Assembly (NCBI GenBank): GCA_963829505.1
Contig: CAWHIL010000003.1
Location: 1,297,184 to 1,361,183 of the forward strand
Direction: 5' to 3'
DNA length: 64,000 nucleotides
Source: an uncultured Alphaproteobacteria bacterium
Lineage (GTDB): Bacteria; Pseudomonadota; Alphaproteobacteria; Rhizobiales; Beijerinckiaceae
The notes under the pieces were generated by a model. The model saw only the letters and a list, made by a program, of their open reading frames with translations, did no database searches and was not told where the DNA came from. Both the position numbers and the translations under genes were made by a program. This document shows, one piece after another, positions 10,139 through 19,963 of the stretch; position 1 is the first letter of the stretch; the number at the start of each line of letters is the position of its first letter.

Positions 10139-10476
10139 GCCGTTACTCAAAAAAGCCGAAGAGATCGCCGGCGCGACGGCGACCCAAGATTTCTCTTTTA
10201 TGGAACGATCTCCCCGCCGACGTTCATCGTATCGTGAATTCGGCAGCGGGGTTGCAGCCCGAAAGCGGGTTCCTATCTGACCGATGTCATGCCGATGGCG
10301 GCGCGCCAAGCGGCCCTTGTCCGAGGGAGCCTCGCTGGCGCCGGGTCTGTCCGAGGCTGCGCGTCCCGTACGCTTCGACGGGCGCGTCCCTGGGGCGGTC
10401 CCGTGCGTCCGCCCTTGGGTTGACGAACGTTGTGGGCTCATTTCAAACAGGCAGGACGGGCCCGGGAACGCTCGCG

Positions 10477-12641
10477 ATGACTTCTGGAACGAAAGGGACG
10501 ATCCGCGCTACCGTCGTCACCTTGCCGGGAGTGGGCGAGTACGAGTGGCGCGTCGGCGAGAAGCAGATCGTCTGGTCCGATGAGCTCGTCCGGATCTATG
10601 GCTTCGACGCAGCTCCGGCCAATTCGGGGTTCGACGCGTTTGTCCATCCCGACGACCGCTCCATTCTGGCCGAAACCCACGCACGGCTCTTTCCCGGCGC
10701 TTCCTACGAGCTCGAATTTCGCGTCGTTCGGGCGGACGGCGAGCTTCGCCACATTCACGATCGCGGCATGGTCGTCGTGGCCGACGATGGCGCGCTCGTC
10801 CTGCGGGGCCTGCACATCGACGTCACTCTCTACCGCGCCGCCCTGGAAACCGACCTGCCGGCGATCGACTTCCGCGAGGTGGCGGAATCCCTTCCGCAGC
10901 TCGTATGGACCTGCGATCCGACGGGCGCCTGCGACTACCTCAGCCCCCAGTGGGCGACCTACACTGGCGTCCCGGCCGAGGAGCAGCTCGGCGCCGGCTG
11001 GCTCGAGCGCCTGCACCCGGACGATCGGGAGCCTGCCTGGGCGCGCTGGCAGGAGACGGCCCGCTGGGGTCACGACTACGAGTGCGAGTTCCGCATCCGC
11101 CGCCACGACGGCGCCTATCGCTGGTTCCGCACCCTCGCCAAGCCGCTGCACGATCCTGACGGGCAAATCCGCAAATGGTTCGGCAGCAACACCGACATCG
11201 AGGATCTGAAGCAGGCCGAGGCCGCCCGGCGCGAGAGCGAAGCCGCCGCCAACGCGCGCGCCGTGGAGCTCGAGACGCTCTACAACGCCGCGCCCATCGG
11301 CATCGGGCTCTTCGACCGCGACTTCCGCTTCGTCCGCATCAACGAGCGGCTGGCCGAGATCAACGGCGTCCCCGCCGAGGCGCTCAAAGGAAAACGCATC
11401 GAGGAGGCCCTGCCGGAGGAGACCGTCAGCGCGCTCCGCGCCATCGAGCCGCGCCTCGCCCGCGGCGAGGAGGTGAGGAACGCCGAGGTTTCGGGGTTCG
11501 AGGCGGACGGCCGACGGTTCGCCTACGTCCTGAACTATCGGCCGTTGCGCGGGGAGACGGGCGACATCACCCACTATCTCGGCGCCGTGCAGGACATCAG
11601 CGACCGCAAGCGCATGGAAGACGCGCTGATCGAGAGCGAATTGCGCTTCCGCGGCGTGTTCGAGCACGCTTTCACCGGCATCTCGATCACCGATTTCGCC
11701 GGCCGCCATGTGTCCTGCAATCCGGCCTATGAAGCGATGCTCGGCGTGCGCGCGGAGGGGCTGGCCGGGACGCCGCTCACGGATTCCATTCATCCCGAGG
11801 ACCGCGAGGCGAACCGCGCCGAAGTCGCGCGGCTGATCGCCGGCGAGATCGACGCGTTCGAGATCGAGCATCGCTATCTGCACACGAGCGGCGAAACGAT
11901 CTGGGCGCGCAAGCGCGTGTCGCTCCTGCGCGACGCGCGCAACCGCCCGACGCATGTGATTGCGCTCGTCACCGACATGACGGAGCAGAAGCGCCACGAG
12001 GCGCGCCAGCAGCTCCTCCTGCGCGAACTGAACCACCGGTCGAAGAACCTGCTTGCGCTCATCATGGGCATCGCGCGGCAGACGGCGGCGAAGAGCCCTG
12101 GCGAATTCCTGCCGCGCTTCGAGCAGCGGCTGCGCGCCATGGCCGCGGCGCAGGATCTTCTTGTGCGCAACGAATCGCGCAGCGCCACGATCGAGGACCT
12201 CCTGACCTCGCAGCTCGTCGCGTTCGGCGGCCTCGAGGAGCGCGTCGACGTTTCGGGCGACGACATCGCCGTCACAGCGACCGCGGCCAATCTCTCGGCA
12301 TGGCGTTTCACGAGCTTGCGACCAACGCGGCGAAATACGGCGCGCTCTCGACCCCGCCCGGGCGGATCGACGTCGCCTGGTCGATCGGGCAGGGCGACGG
12401 CTGCCTTGACGTTTTCCGCCTCTCGTGGATCGAGCGCGGCGGCCCGCCCGCGGCCGAGCCGGCGTCGCGCGGCTTCGGCTCAAGCCTGCTCGAGCGCCTG
12501 ATCCCGTCCGCCTTCGACGGCAAGGTCGTCTATGCGTTCGACGCGACCGGCGTCTCCTGGCGCCTCACCTGCCCTGCCGACAAAATCGTCGCCAAAGGCT
12601 CGGTGGCTGGCGACGAGCTTCCGGATATCCCGGCGCATTGA
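10477..12641 (+). CDS. Multi-PAS HWE sensor histidine kinase (1-bp frameshift at ~12287, probably sequencing error)
   Basis: Four PAS/PAC-like repeats, ELNHRSKNLL H-box; HELATNAAKYGALS and WIERGGP continue in the frame of ORF 12300-12641. Confidence 0.88.
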
Positions 12642-12666
12642 TCGTTCGTGCGCGGCAAGCGCCGAC

Positions 12667-12771
12667 AGAGCGCGCGGCGAGAAAAAGTGGGCGCCGGTTT
12701 TTCGCGAAAAGCGCGCTTGAAATCAAAAGAGGCCCAGCGTTTGGCGATTCGACCGAATCGCCGAACGCTCT
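12667..12771. repeat. CIR/Bru-RS-like intergenic palindromic element
   Basis: AGAGCG...CGCTCT termini, AAAAGTGGGCGCCGGTTTTTCG core, internal GGCGATTCGACCGAATCGCC hairpin with GANTC sites; ~105 bp. Confidence 0.65.
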
Positions 12772-13819
12772 ACGGCTCGCCCACGAGTTCAAGACGCCTC
12801 GCCTCCGAGGCCGGCGCGACATTGCGGCGGGCGCCCGAGACGATCTCGAGAAACTGCCTGGCGCATTCGTTCCAGGTGAAGCGCATCGACCACTCGCGCG
12901 CGGCCTCGCCGGGGATCGTCAGCGCCTTGAGGCAGGCGGCGCGCAGGTCCTCGTCGAGGACGCCCGCTTCAGGCCCGACGACGTCGATGGGGCCCGGAAC
13001 CGGAAAGGCGGCGACGGGAAGACCGGACGCCATCGCCTCGACGAGGACGATGCCGAACGTATCGGTGCGGGAGGGAAAGACGAACACGTCCGCGCTCGCA
13101 TAAACCTTAGCCAGCGCCTCGCCATGCCGCGCGCCGAGGAAGTGTGCGTGCGGGTAGCGACGCTTGAGGGAAGCGCGCGCGGGGCCATCGCCGACGATCA
13201 CGGTCGAGCCGGGCAGGTCGAGGCCGAGCATCGCCTCGAGGTTCTTCTCGACCGCGACCCGGCCGACGTAGAGGAAGATCGGTCGCGGCAGATCGAACAC
13301 GCTTTCGCCGCGCGGGCGGTAGAGGGCGTGATCGACGCCCCGCGTCCATAGGCGCACGCGCTCGAAGCCGCGGGCCGTGAGGTCGGCGGCGATGGTCGGC
13401 GTCGGCGCCATGACGGAGGCCGCCGGGGCATGAAAGCGACGCAGGCCGGCGTAAGTCAGGCGCTCGGGGAAGCCCGTCCGGGCGGACACGTATTCCGGGA
13501 AGCGGGTGTGATAGCTTGTCGTGAACGGCCGGCCGCTCTTCATGCACTCGCGGCGCGTCAGCCAGCCGATCGGCCCCTCGGTCGCGATGTGGACGTGATC
13601 AGGCGCCGCGCCCTCGATGCGCCGGCGGATCCGCCACGGCGTCGTCAGCGCAAGGCGGATGTCGGGGTAGGTCGGCATCGGCGCCGTCCACATCCCGTGC
13701 GGGGTCAGAAACTCGAATTCGGCGCCGAATTCGGCAGCCGCCTTGGTCATGCGCTCCAGCGTCGCGACGACCCCGTTGATCTGCGGCCGCCAAGCGTCGG
13801 TCGCAATGAGAATGCGCAT
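12770..13819 (-). CDS. GT4 glycosyltransferase (Agt-like glycolipid synthase)
   Basis: MRILIATDAWRPQINGVV, HIATEGPIG, FTTSYHTRFPEY, FPSRTDTFGIVLVEAMASG. Confidence 0.9.
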   Translation of the reverse strand: MRILIATDAWRPQINGVVATLERMTKAAAEFGAEFEFLTPHGMWTAPMPTYPDIRLALTTPWRIRRRIEGAAPDHVHIATEGPIGWLTRRECMKSGRPFTTSYHTRFPEYVSARTGFPERLTYAGLRRFHAPAASVMAPTPTIAADLTARGFERVRLWTRGVDHALYRPRGESVFDLPRPIFLYVGRVAVEKNLEAMLGLDLPGSTVIVGDGPARASLKRRYPHAHFLGARHGEALAKVYASADVFVFPSRTDTFGIVLVEAMASGLPVAAFPVPGPIDVVGPEAGVLDEDLRAACLKALTIPGEAAREWSMRFTWNECARQFLEIVSGARRNVAPASEARRLELVGEP

Positions 13820-13820
13820 G

Positions 13821-14681
13821 TCAGGCAGCTTCCGCACTTACCTCTTCGGGCTCCTCGTCGAAGGGGGCGAGGTCTTCCTGCGCCATCGCGACCGCCTTCA
13901 GTTCGGGCCAGCGCAACACTTCGAGCCGGCCGTCGAAATGCTCGACGATTAGCGAGCACGATTCGACGAAGTCGCCGATGTTGGCATAAGTCACGCCCTC
14001 GATATCGCGGATCACGGCGTGGTGGATGTGGCCGCAGACGACGCCGTCGACGCCCTGGCGCCTGGCTTCGCCGGCAAGCTCTTTCTCGAACGAGCCGATG
14101 AAGTTGACCGCGTTCTTCACCTTGAGCTTCGCCCAGGCCGAGAACGACCAGTACGGCAGACCGAGCGCCCGGCGGGCGGCGTTGAAGTGCGTATTGACGA
14201 AGAGCGCGGTCGTGTAGGCCCAGTCGCCGAAGAAGGCGAGCCACTTCGAGTGGCGCACCACGACGTCGAACTCGTCGCCGTGAATGATGAGGAAGCGCCT
14301 GCCGTCAGCCGCGGTGTGGATCGCCTGGCGCTTGATCTCGATGCCGCCGAAGGTCAGGCCGAAGAACTGGCGCGCGAACTCGTCGTGATTGCCCGGCACG
14401 AACACCATGCGCGCGCCGTGGCGCACCTTGCGCAACAGCTTCTGGACGACGTCGTTGTGCGCCTGCGGCCAATACCAGCCCGAGCGCAGCCGCCAGCCGT
14501 CGATGATGTCGCCGACAAGAAAGATGGTGTCGGCCTCGACGTGCCGCAGCATGTCGAGGATAAGATGGGCCTGGCAGCCGCGCGTGCCGAGATGAAGATC
14601 CGACAGGAACAGCGTGCGGTAACGATGGGTCCCGGGATGCTTGGACACTCCGGCCTCTCGAAAATACGCTTTGGTTGGCAT
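13821..14681 (-). CDS. Metallophosphoesterase, PlcP/LpxH-like
   Basis: FLSDLHLG, LVGDIIDGW, PGNHDE, HGDEFD, CGHIH motifs; operon with GT4. Confidence 0.88.
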   Translation of the reverse strand: MPTKAYFREAGVSKHPGTHRYRTLFLSDLHLGTRGCQAHLILDMLRHVEADTIFLVGDIIDGWRLRSGWYWPQAHNDVVQKLLRKVRHGARMVFVPGNHDEFARQFFGLTFGGIEIKRQAIHTAADGRRFLIIHGDEFDVVVRHSKWLAFFGDWAYTTALFVNTHFNAARRALGLPYWSFSAWAKLKVKNAVNFIGSFEKELAGEARRQGVDGVVCGHIHHAVIRDIEGVTYANIGDFVESCSLIVEHFDGRLEVLRWPELKAVAMAQEDLAPFDEEPEEVSAEAA

Positions 14682-14818
14682 CCCTTGCTCAGATTCTCGT
14701 GTCGCTTGCGTGACGAGGCGGGGGATTCGGTTGGCGCCGTTATAGAGATCGGCCCGGAGGCTGTCGATACTCGAAAGATTGTCATCCACGAGCCCATGAA
14801 TCAGACGGAGGATAGACC

Positions 14819-15598
14819 TTGGATCTTGGGATTTCGGGCCGAAAGGCCATTGTGTGCGCCTCGAGCAAGGGCTTGGGCCGCGCCTGTGCGGCGGCGCTCG
14901 CGGAAGCAGGCTGCACGCTCGTCCTGAACGGACGCAATTCGGCCACGCTTACGGCGTCGGCGCGCGAGCTGCGCGAGCGTTTCGGCGTGAGCGTCGCTGA
15001 GGCGCCCGGCGACCTCAACGACAAGGCGACGCGCGCGGCGCTCATCGCCGCCGCGCCCGACGCCGACATTCTCGTCAACAACAACGGCGGGCCGCCGTTC
15101 AGGAGCTTCGATGCGATCAGCCGCGAGGACATCCTGCACGGCGTCGAATCGAACATGCTCACTCCGATCGCGCTCGTCCAGGCGCTCCTGCCCGGCATGG
15201 CGAAGCGCAAGTTCGGCCGTATCGTCAACATCACCTCGGGCTCGGTGCGGGCGCCAATCCCGGGCCTCGACGTGTCGTCGGGGGCGCGCGCCGGCCTTAC
15301 CGCCTTCCTCGCTTCCGCCGCGCGCGCGCATGTCGCCGACAACGTGACGATCAACTTCATTCAGCCCGGAACCTTCGCGACCGACCGCTCGCGCTCCGCG
15401 ATCGAGCGGACGGCAGCCCAGCGCGGAGCAGCGGTTTCGGTCGTCGAAGCGGAAGCCGCCGCCCGCAACCCCGCCCGCCGTTTCGGCGATCCGGCGGAGT
15501 TCGGCGCCCTCTGCGCCTTCCTCGCCAGCGCCCACGCGGGTTTCATCACCGGGCAGAACATCCTCATCGACGGCGGCGCCTTTCCCGGCGCGTTCTGA
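14819..15598 (+). CDS. Short-chain dehydrogenase/reductase
   Basis: ASSKGLG Rossmann variant, LVNNNGGP, ITGQNILIDGG; TTG start. Confidence 0.9.
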   Translation: MDLGISGRKAIVCASSKGLGRACAAALAEAGCTLVLNGRNSATLTASARELRERFGVSVAEAPGDLNDKATRAALIAAAPDADILVNNNGGPPFRSFDAISREDILHGVESNMLTPIALVQALLPGMAKRKFGRIVNITSGSVRAPIPGLDVSSGARAGLTAFLASAARAHVADNVTINFIQPGTFATDRSRSAIERTAAQRGAAVSVVEAEAAARNPARRFGDPAEFGALCAFLASAHAGFITGQNILIDGGAFPGAF

Positions 15599-15718
15599 GG
15601 CGCGCGGCCGCGCCCCCTCCACTCGTCCTTCCCCGCCCGTCGCTTCGCGCCGCCCTCTCCCGCTTCAGCACGTCGAGCGACGGGCGTCCTGGCGGACGCC
15701 CTCCCGCAGCCGAGGGGA

Positions 15719-18700
15719 TTACCCCTTCTTCCCGGCGATCTTGGCGATCTCGCGCATCAGCTTCAGCGTTCCGTCGAGGCGGTCGGCGAGTTCCTCGAAA
15801 TCGTCGGCCACCACGATGCGCATGTCGGGGCGGACGCGCGCCCCCTCCCCCTGCGCGGCGACCCACTTCACGAGACCCGTCGGGTTGGCGAAGGCGTTGC
15901 CGCGGAAGGCGAGCGTCACGCCCTTCGCGCCGGCGTCGAGCTTCTCGACATTCGCCTTGCGGCAGAGCGCCTTGATCTGCACGAGCTTCATGAGAAGCCC
16001 CACTTCCGGCGGCGGCGGGCCGAAGCGGTCGACGATCTCGGCGGCCATTCCGTCGATCTCGGCCTCGTCCTCGAGCGAGGAGAGGCGGCGGTAGAGATTG
16101 AGGCGCGTCGGAAGGTCGGCGATATAGCTCTCCGGAATCGTCACCGGCGCGCCGAGTTGGATGGTCGGCGACCACATCTCGTCGGGCGCGGCGTCCTCGC
16201 CCGACTTGATGCGTTCGACCGCCTCGCGCACCATCTGCTGGTAGAGTTCGTAGCCGACCTCCTTGATGTGGCCGGACTGCTCCTCGCCGAGAAGATTGCC
16301 GGCGCCGCGCAAGTCGAGGTCGTGGCTTGCGAGCTGGAAGCCGGCGCCCAGCGTATCGAGCGACTGGAGGACGGCGAGACGCTTCTCCGCCTGCGGCGTG
16401 ATCTTCGCCCGCGCCGGCGTCGTGAAGATCGCGTAGGCGCGCACCTTGGCTCGCCCCACCCGGCCGCGCAATTGATAGAGCTGGCCGAGGCCGAACATGT
16501 CGGCGCGGTGCACGATCATGGTGTTGGCGGAGGGAATGTCGAGCCCCAACTCGACGATCGCGGTCGAGAGCAGGATGTCGTACTTGCCGTCGTAGAAGGC
16601 GCCGATCCGGTCCTCGAGCTGGGTCGCCGCCATGTCGCCGTGCGCCACGACGAATTTCGCCTCCGGCACGTTCGTGCGCAGGAAGGCGGCCGCCTCGTCG
16701 AGGTCGTCGATGCGCGGGCAGACGTAGAAGGACTGGCCGCCGCGGTAGCGTTCGCGGAGCAGCGCCTCGCGGACGATCAGCGCGTCGAACGGCGAGACGA
16801 AGGTCCGGACCGCGAGCCGGTCGACGGGAGGCGTCGCGATGATCGAGAGATCGCGCACGCCCGTCATGGCGAGCTGGAGGGTGCGCGGGATCGGCGTCGC
16901 CGAGAGGGTCAGCATGTGGACCTCGGCGCGCAGATCCTTCAGCCGCTCCTTGTGGGCGACGCCGAAATGCTGCTCCTCGTCGATTACGACGAGACCAAGA
17001 TCCTTGAACGACACCGTCTTGCCGAGGACGGCGTGGGTTCCCACAACAATGTCGACCGAACCGTCGGCGAGGCCCTTCTTCACATCGCGCTGCTCCGCCG
17101 TCGGCACCATGCGCGACAATTGGCCGATCGTGACCGGCAGCCCGGCGAAGCGCTGGCGGAAGACGCGCGCGTGCTGGCGCGCCAGCAGGGTCGTCGGCAC
17201 GACGATCGCGGTCTGCTTCGAATTCATCGCCGCGGCGAAGGCGGCGCGCAGCGCCACCTCCGTCTTGCCGAAGCCGACGTCGCCGCAGACGAGCCGGTCC
17301 ATCGGACGACCCGCGCCGAGGTCGTCGAGCGTGGATTCGATCGCGCTCTCCTGGTCCTGCGTCTCGTCGTAGGGGAAGCGGGCGCAGAACTCGTCGTAGA
17401 GCCCCTCGGGCGTGGTCAGGCGCGGCGCGGGCCGCGTCATGCGCTGGGCGGCGACGCGGATCAGTTCGCCCGCCATCTCGTTGATGCGCTTCTTGAGCCG
17501 GCCTTTGCGCGACTGCCAGGCGGCGCCGCCGAGCCTGTCGAGCTCGCCCGTCTCCGAGCCGTAGCGCGACAGAAGCTCGAGGTTCTCGACCGGGAGGAAG
17601 AGCCGGTCGCCGCCCGCGTAGTGGATCTCGAGGCAGTCGTGCGGCGCGCCCGCCGCCTCGATCGTCTTCAAGCCCACGAAGCGGCCGACGCCGTGATCGA
17701 CATGGACGACGAGGTCGCCCGCGGACAGCGCCGCGGCTTCCGCCAGCACGTCCTGGGCGCGGCGCTTGCGTTTCGCCCGCCGCACCAGCCGGTCGCCAAG
17801 AATGTCCTGCTCGCCGACGATTGCGAAACCGGGCGCCTCGAAGCCCTGCTCGAGCGCGATCACCGCAAGCGGCAGCGCGCCGCCCCTCGCGGTCTTGACC
17901 TGGTGGTAAGAGGAGACGAGCTCCTGGGCTTTCAGGCCATGCTCGGCGAGCACATGGCCGAGTCGCTCGCGCGAGCCGTCGCTCCAGCCGGCGACGACGA
18001 CGTCGAGACCGCTCTTGCGCAGATCCCGGATGTGGCCGACGGCGGCGTCGAAAACGTTGGCCCCCTCCGTCTGGCGCTCGGGAGCGAAGCTGCGCCCGAC
18101 GCGGCCGCCGCAGTCGATCACCGCGGGACCCTCCGGCGCGTCGAAGGGCGCGAGCCGGACGAGCGGGCCGGCGGCGATCCGCTCGCGCCATTCGCCGCCG
18201 GTCAGATAGAGGCGCTCGGGCGGCAGCGGCTTGTAATCCGCCTTCCCCGGGCTTTCCTTGTAAACCGCGCGCCGCGCCGCGTAGGAATCCTCGACCTGTT
18301 CGAGGCGACGCTGAGCCGCCTCCTCGGCGCGCGCGTCGATGACGAAGGGCGCGTCGCCGACATAATCGAAGATCGTGTCGAGGCTTTCGTAGAGAAGCGG
18401 CAGCCAGTGCTCGAGGCCGATCGCCCGCCGGCCTTCGCTGACGGCGGCGTAGAGATCGTCGGCCGGCGTCGGCGCCCGAATTCCTGCGCATAGAGCTGGC
18501 GGAAGCGGCGGATCGTTTCGGTCGAAAGCTGCGCCTCGCTCATCGGCACGAGGTCGAGAGCGCGTAAACTGCCGACGGTCCGCTGCGTCTCCGGATCGAA
18601 GGCGCGGATCAATTCCAGCGTGTCGCCGAAAAAGTCGAGGCGAATCGGATTGGGCGCGCCGGGCGGATAGAGGTCGAGAATGCCGCCGCGCGAGGCGTAA

Positions 18701-19248
18701 TCGCCGACGTCGCGCACGGTGCTGGCGCGCGCGTAGCCGTTCGCCTCGAGCCAGCGGGCCAGATCGTCCATGCGCACGCTGTTGCCGGGCGCGGCGGAGA
18801 AGGCGGCGGAGGCGAGATAGGCGAGCGGGGGGACGCGCTGGGTCAGCGCATTGACGTAAAGCACGAGCACCCGCGGCCGCTCGCGCGACCCCCGCGAGCG
18901 GGCGAGGCGGGCGAGCGCGGTCATGCGCTCGGCCGAGACGGCCGGGTTGGGCGACACGCGGTCGTAGGGCTGGCAGTCCCAGGAGGGCAGATAGAGCGCC
19001 TCGATCTCGGGCGCGGCGAAGGCGAGCGCGTCGATGAAGGCCTGCGCGCGCGCCGCGTCCCGGGCGACGAAGACGAGCGCCGCGCCTCGCTGCTCGCCCG
19101 CCGCGGCGAAGGCGCGCGCCAGTTCTGCGACCACGAAGGCGTCGTAGCCCTCGGGCGCCCGCGACAGCGTGACGGCGCCGCCCGCCTCGAGGCGGCCTGC
19201 GGCGGTGCGGACGTCGACGAGCCGGCTTCGTTCCTTGATTTCGTTCAC
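15719..19248 (-). CDS. mfd: Transcription-repair coupling factor (1-bp frameshift at ~18476, probably sequencing error)
   Basis: N-terminal UvrB-like part in ORF 18202-19248; CarD-like, GDVGFGKTEV, DEEQHFG, QLRGRVGR and TRCF domain in ORF 15719-19324. Confidence 0.95.
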
Positions 19249-19265
19249 GGGCGCCTTCTCTGCCC

Positions 19266-19383
19266 CCTCGTCCCAAGGAGCGGCGCCGAAGGCGGCGCGT
19301 CTCGAAGGACCTTCCAGCGGTCACGGCGCCGCAATGTGGAGCGTCCTTCGAGACGCCCGCAATGCGGGCTCCTCAGGACGAGG
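19266..19383. repeat. Intergenic inverted-repeat element (family A)
   Basis: CCTCGTCCCAAGGAGC / GCTCCTCAGGACGAGG termini and internal GCGTCTCGAAGG / CCTTCGAGACGC; second copy at 26660. Confidence 0.8.
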
Positions 19384-19405
19384 TCCGTGGTATGAAGTAC
19401 GGCGC

Positions 19406-19711
19406 TCACCTGGCTTCGTTCGCCCGTTTCAGCGCCTCGCGCGGCGCGGCGCAGAGGCGCGCGAAGAGGGCCGTATCGAACTCGCTCGGCGTCGGCGCCT
19501 CGCCCGTGACCCAGGACAGGATCACCGGGTCGGGCGCCTCCATGAGGCGCTCGAATTCGTCGAGCTCCGCATTCGTCATGGCCGGCAGGTTGGCGTCGAC
19601 GAACTGGCCCATGACGATGTCCATCTCGCGCATTCCCCGCCGCCAGGCGCGGAACAGGATCTTGCGCCGCCGCTCGTCGAGCGCCGCGCTTGAAAGCATC
19701 GAGCCGGACAT
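19406..19711 (-). CDS. sdhE: Succinate dehydrogenase assembly factor (SdhE/Sdh5)
   Basis: RRKILFRAWRRGMREMDIVMG motif; upstream of mfd as is common in Rhizobiales. Confidence 0.92.
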   Translation of the reverse strand: MSGSMLSSAALDERRRKILFRAWRRGMREMDIVMGQFVDANLPAMTNAELDEFERLMEAPDPVILSWVTGEAPTPSEFDTALFARLCAAPREALKRANEAR

Positions 19712-19963
19712 GGTCAATCCCTCAACTGGGCGGGGGCGCGTCATCCAACGCGGCGCGACCGCAGAAGATCCGCTTCCCCGTCATTCCCCTCGTAGGGCGC
19801 TTATAGCGGCGGGGCGAAGCACTGTCAGCGATCCGATGTGCCATAAGAGCTTTGACGTGGATCCGGCGAACTCGGGCCGCCGTTTCGCCGAAACCGACTT
19901 GAAAGCCGACCCGGCCCGCCCGCGGCAAAGGTGGGGCGGAAACTTTCGAAGGGAACGCTTCGA

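Noticed and set aside
10161-10200. Rho-independent terminator after the Crp/Fnr gene
   Set aside because: Only a 6-bp stem, separated from the T-rich run by 7 nt; too weak to call.
14699-14716. Pho box upstream of the plcP-like gene (TCGTCAC-GCAA-GCGACAC)
   Set aside because: Weak match to CTGTCAT-N4-CTGTCAT and only ~18 bp from the probable start; cannot be supported without TSS data.
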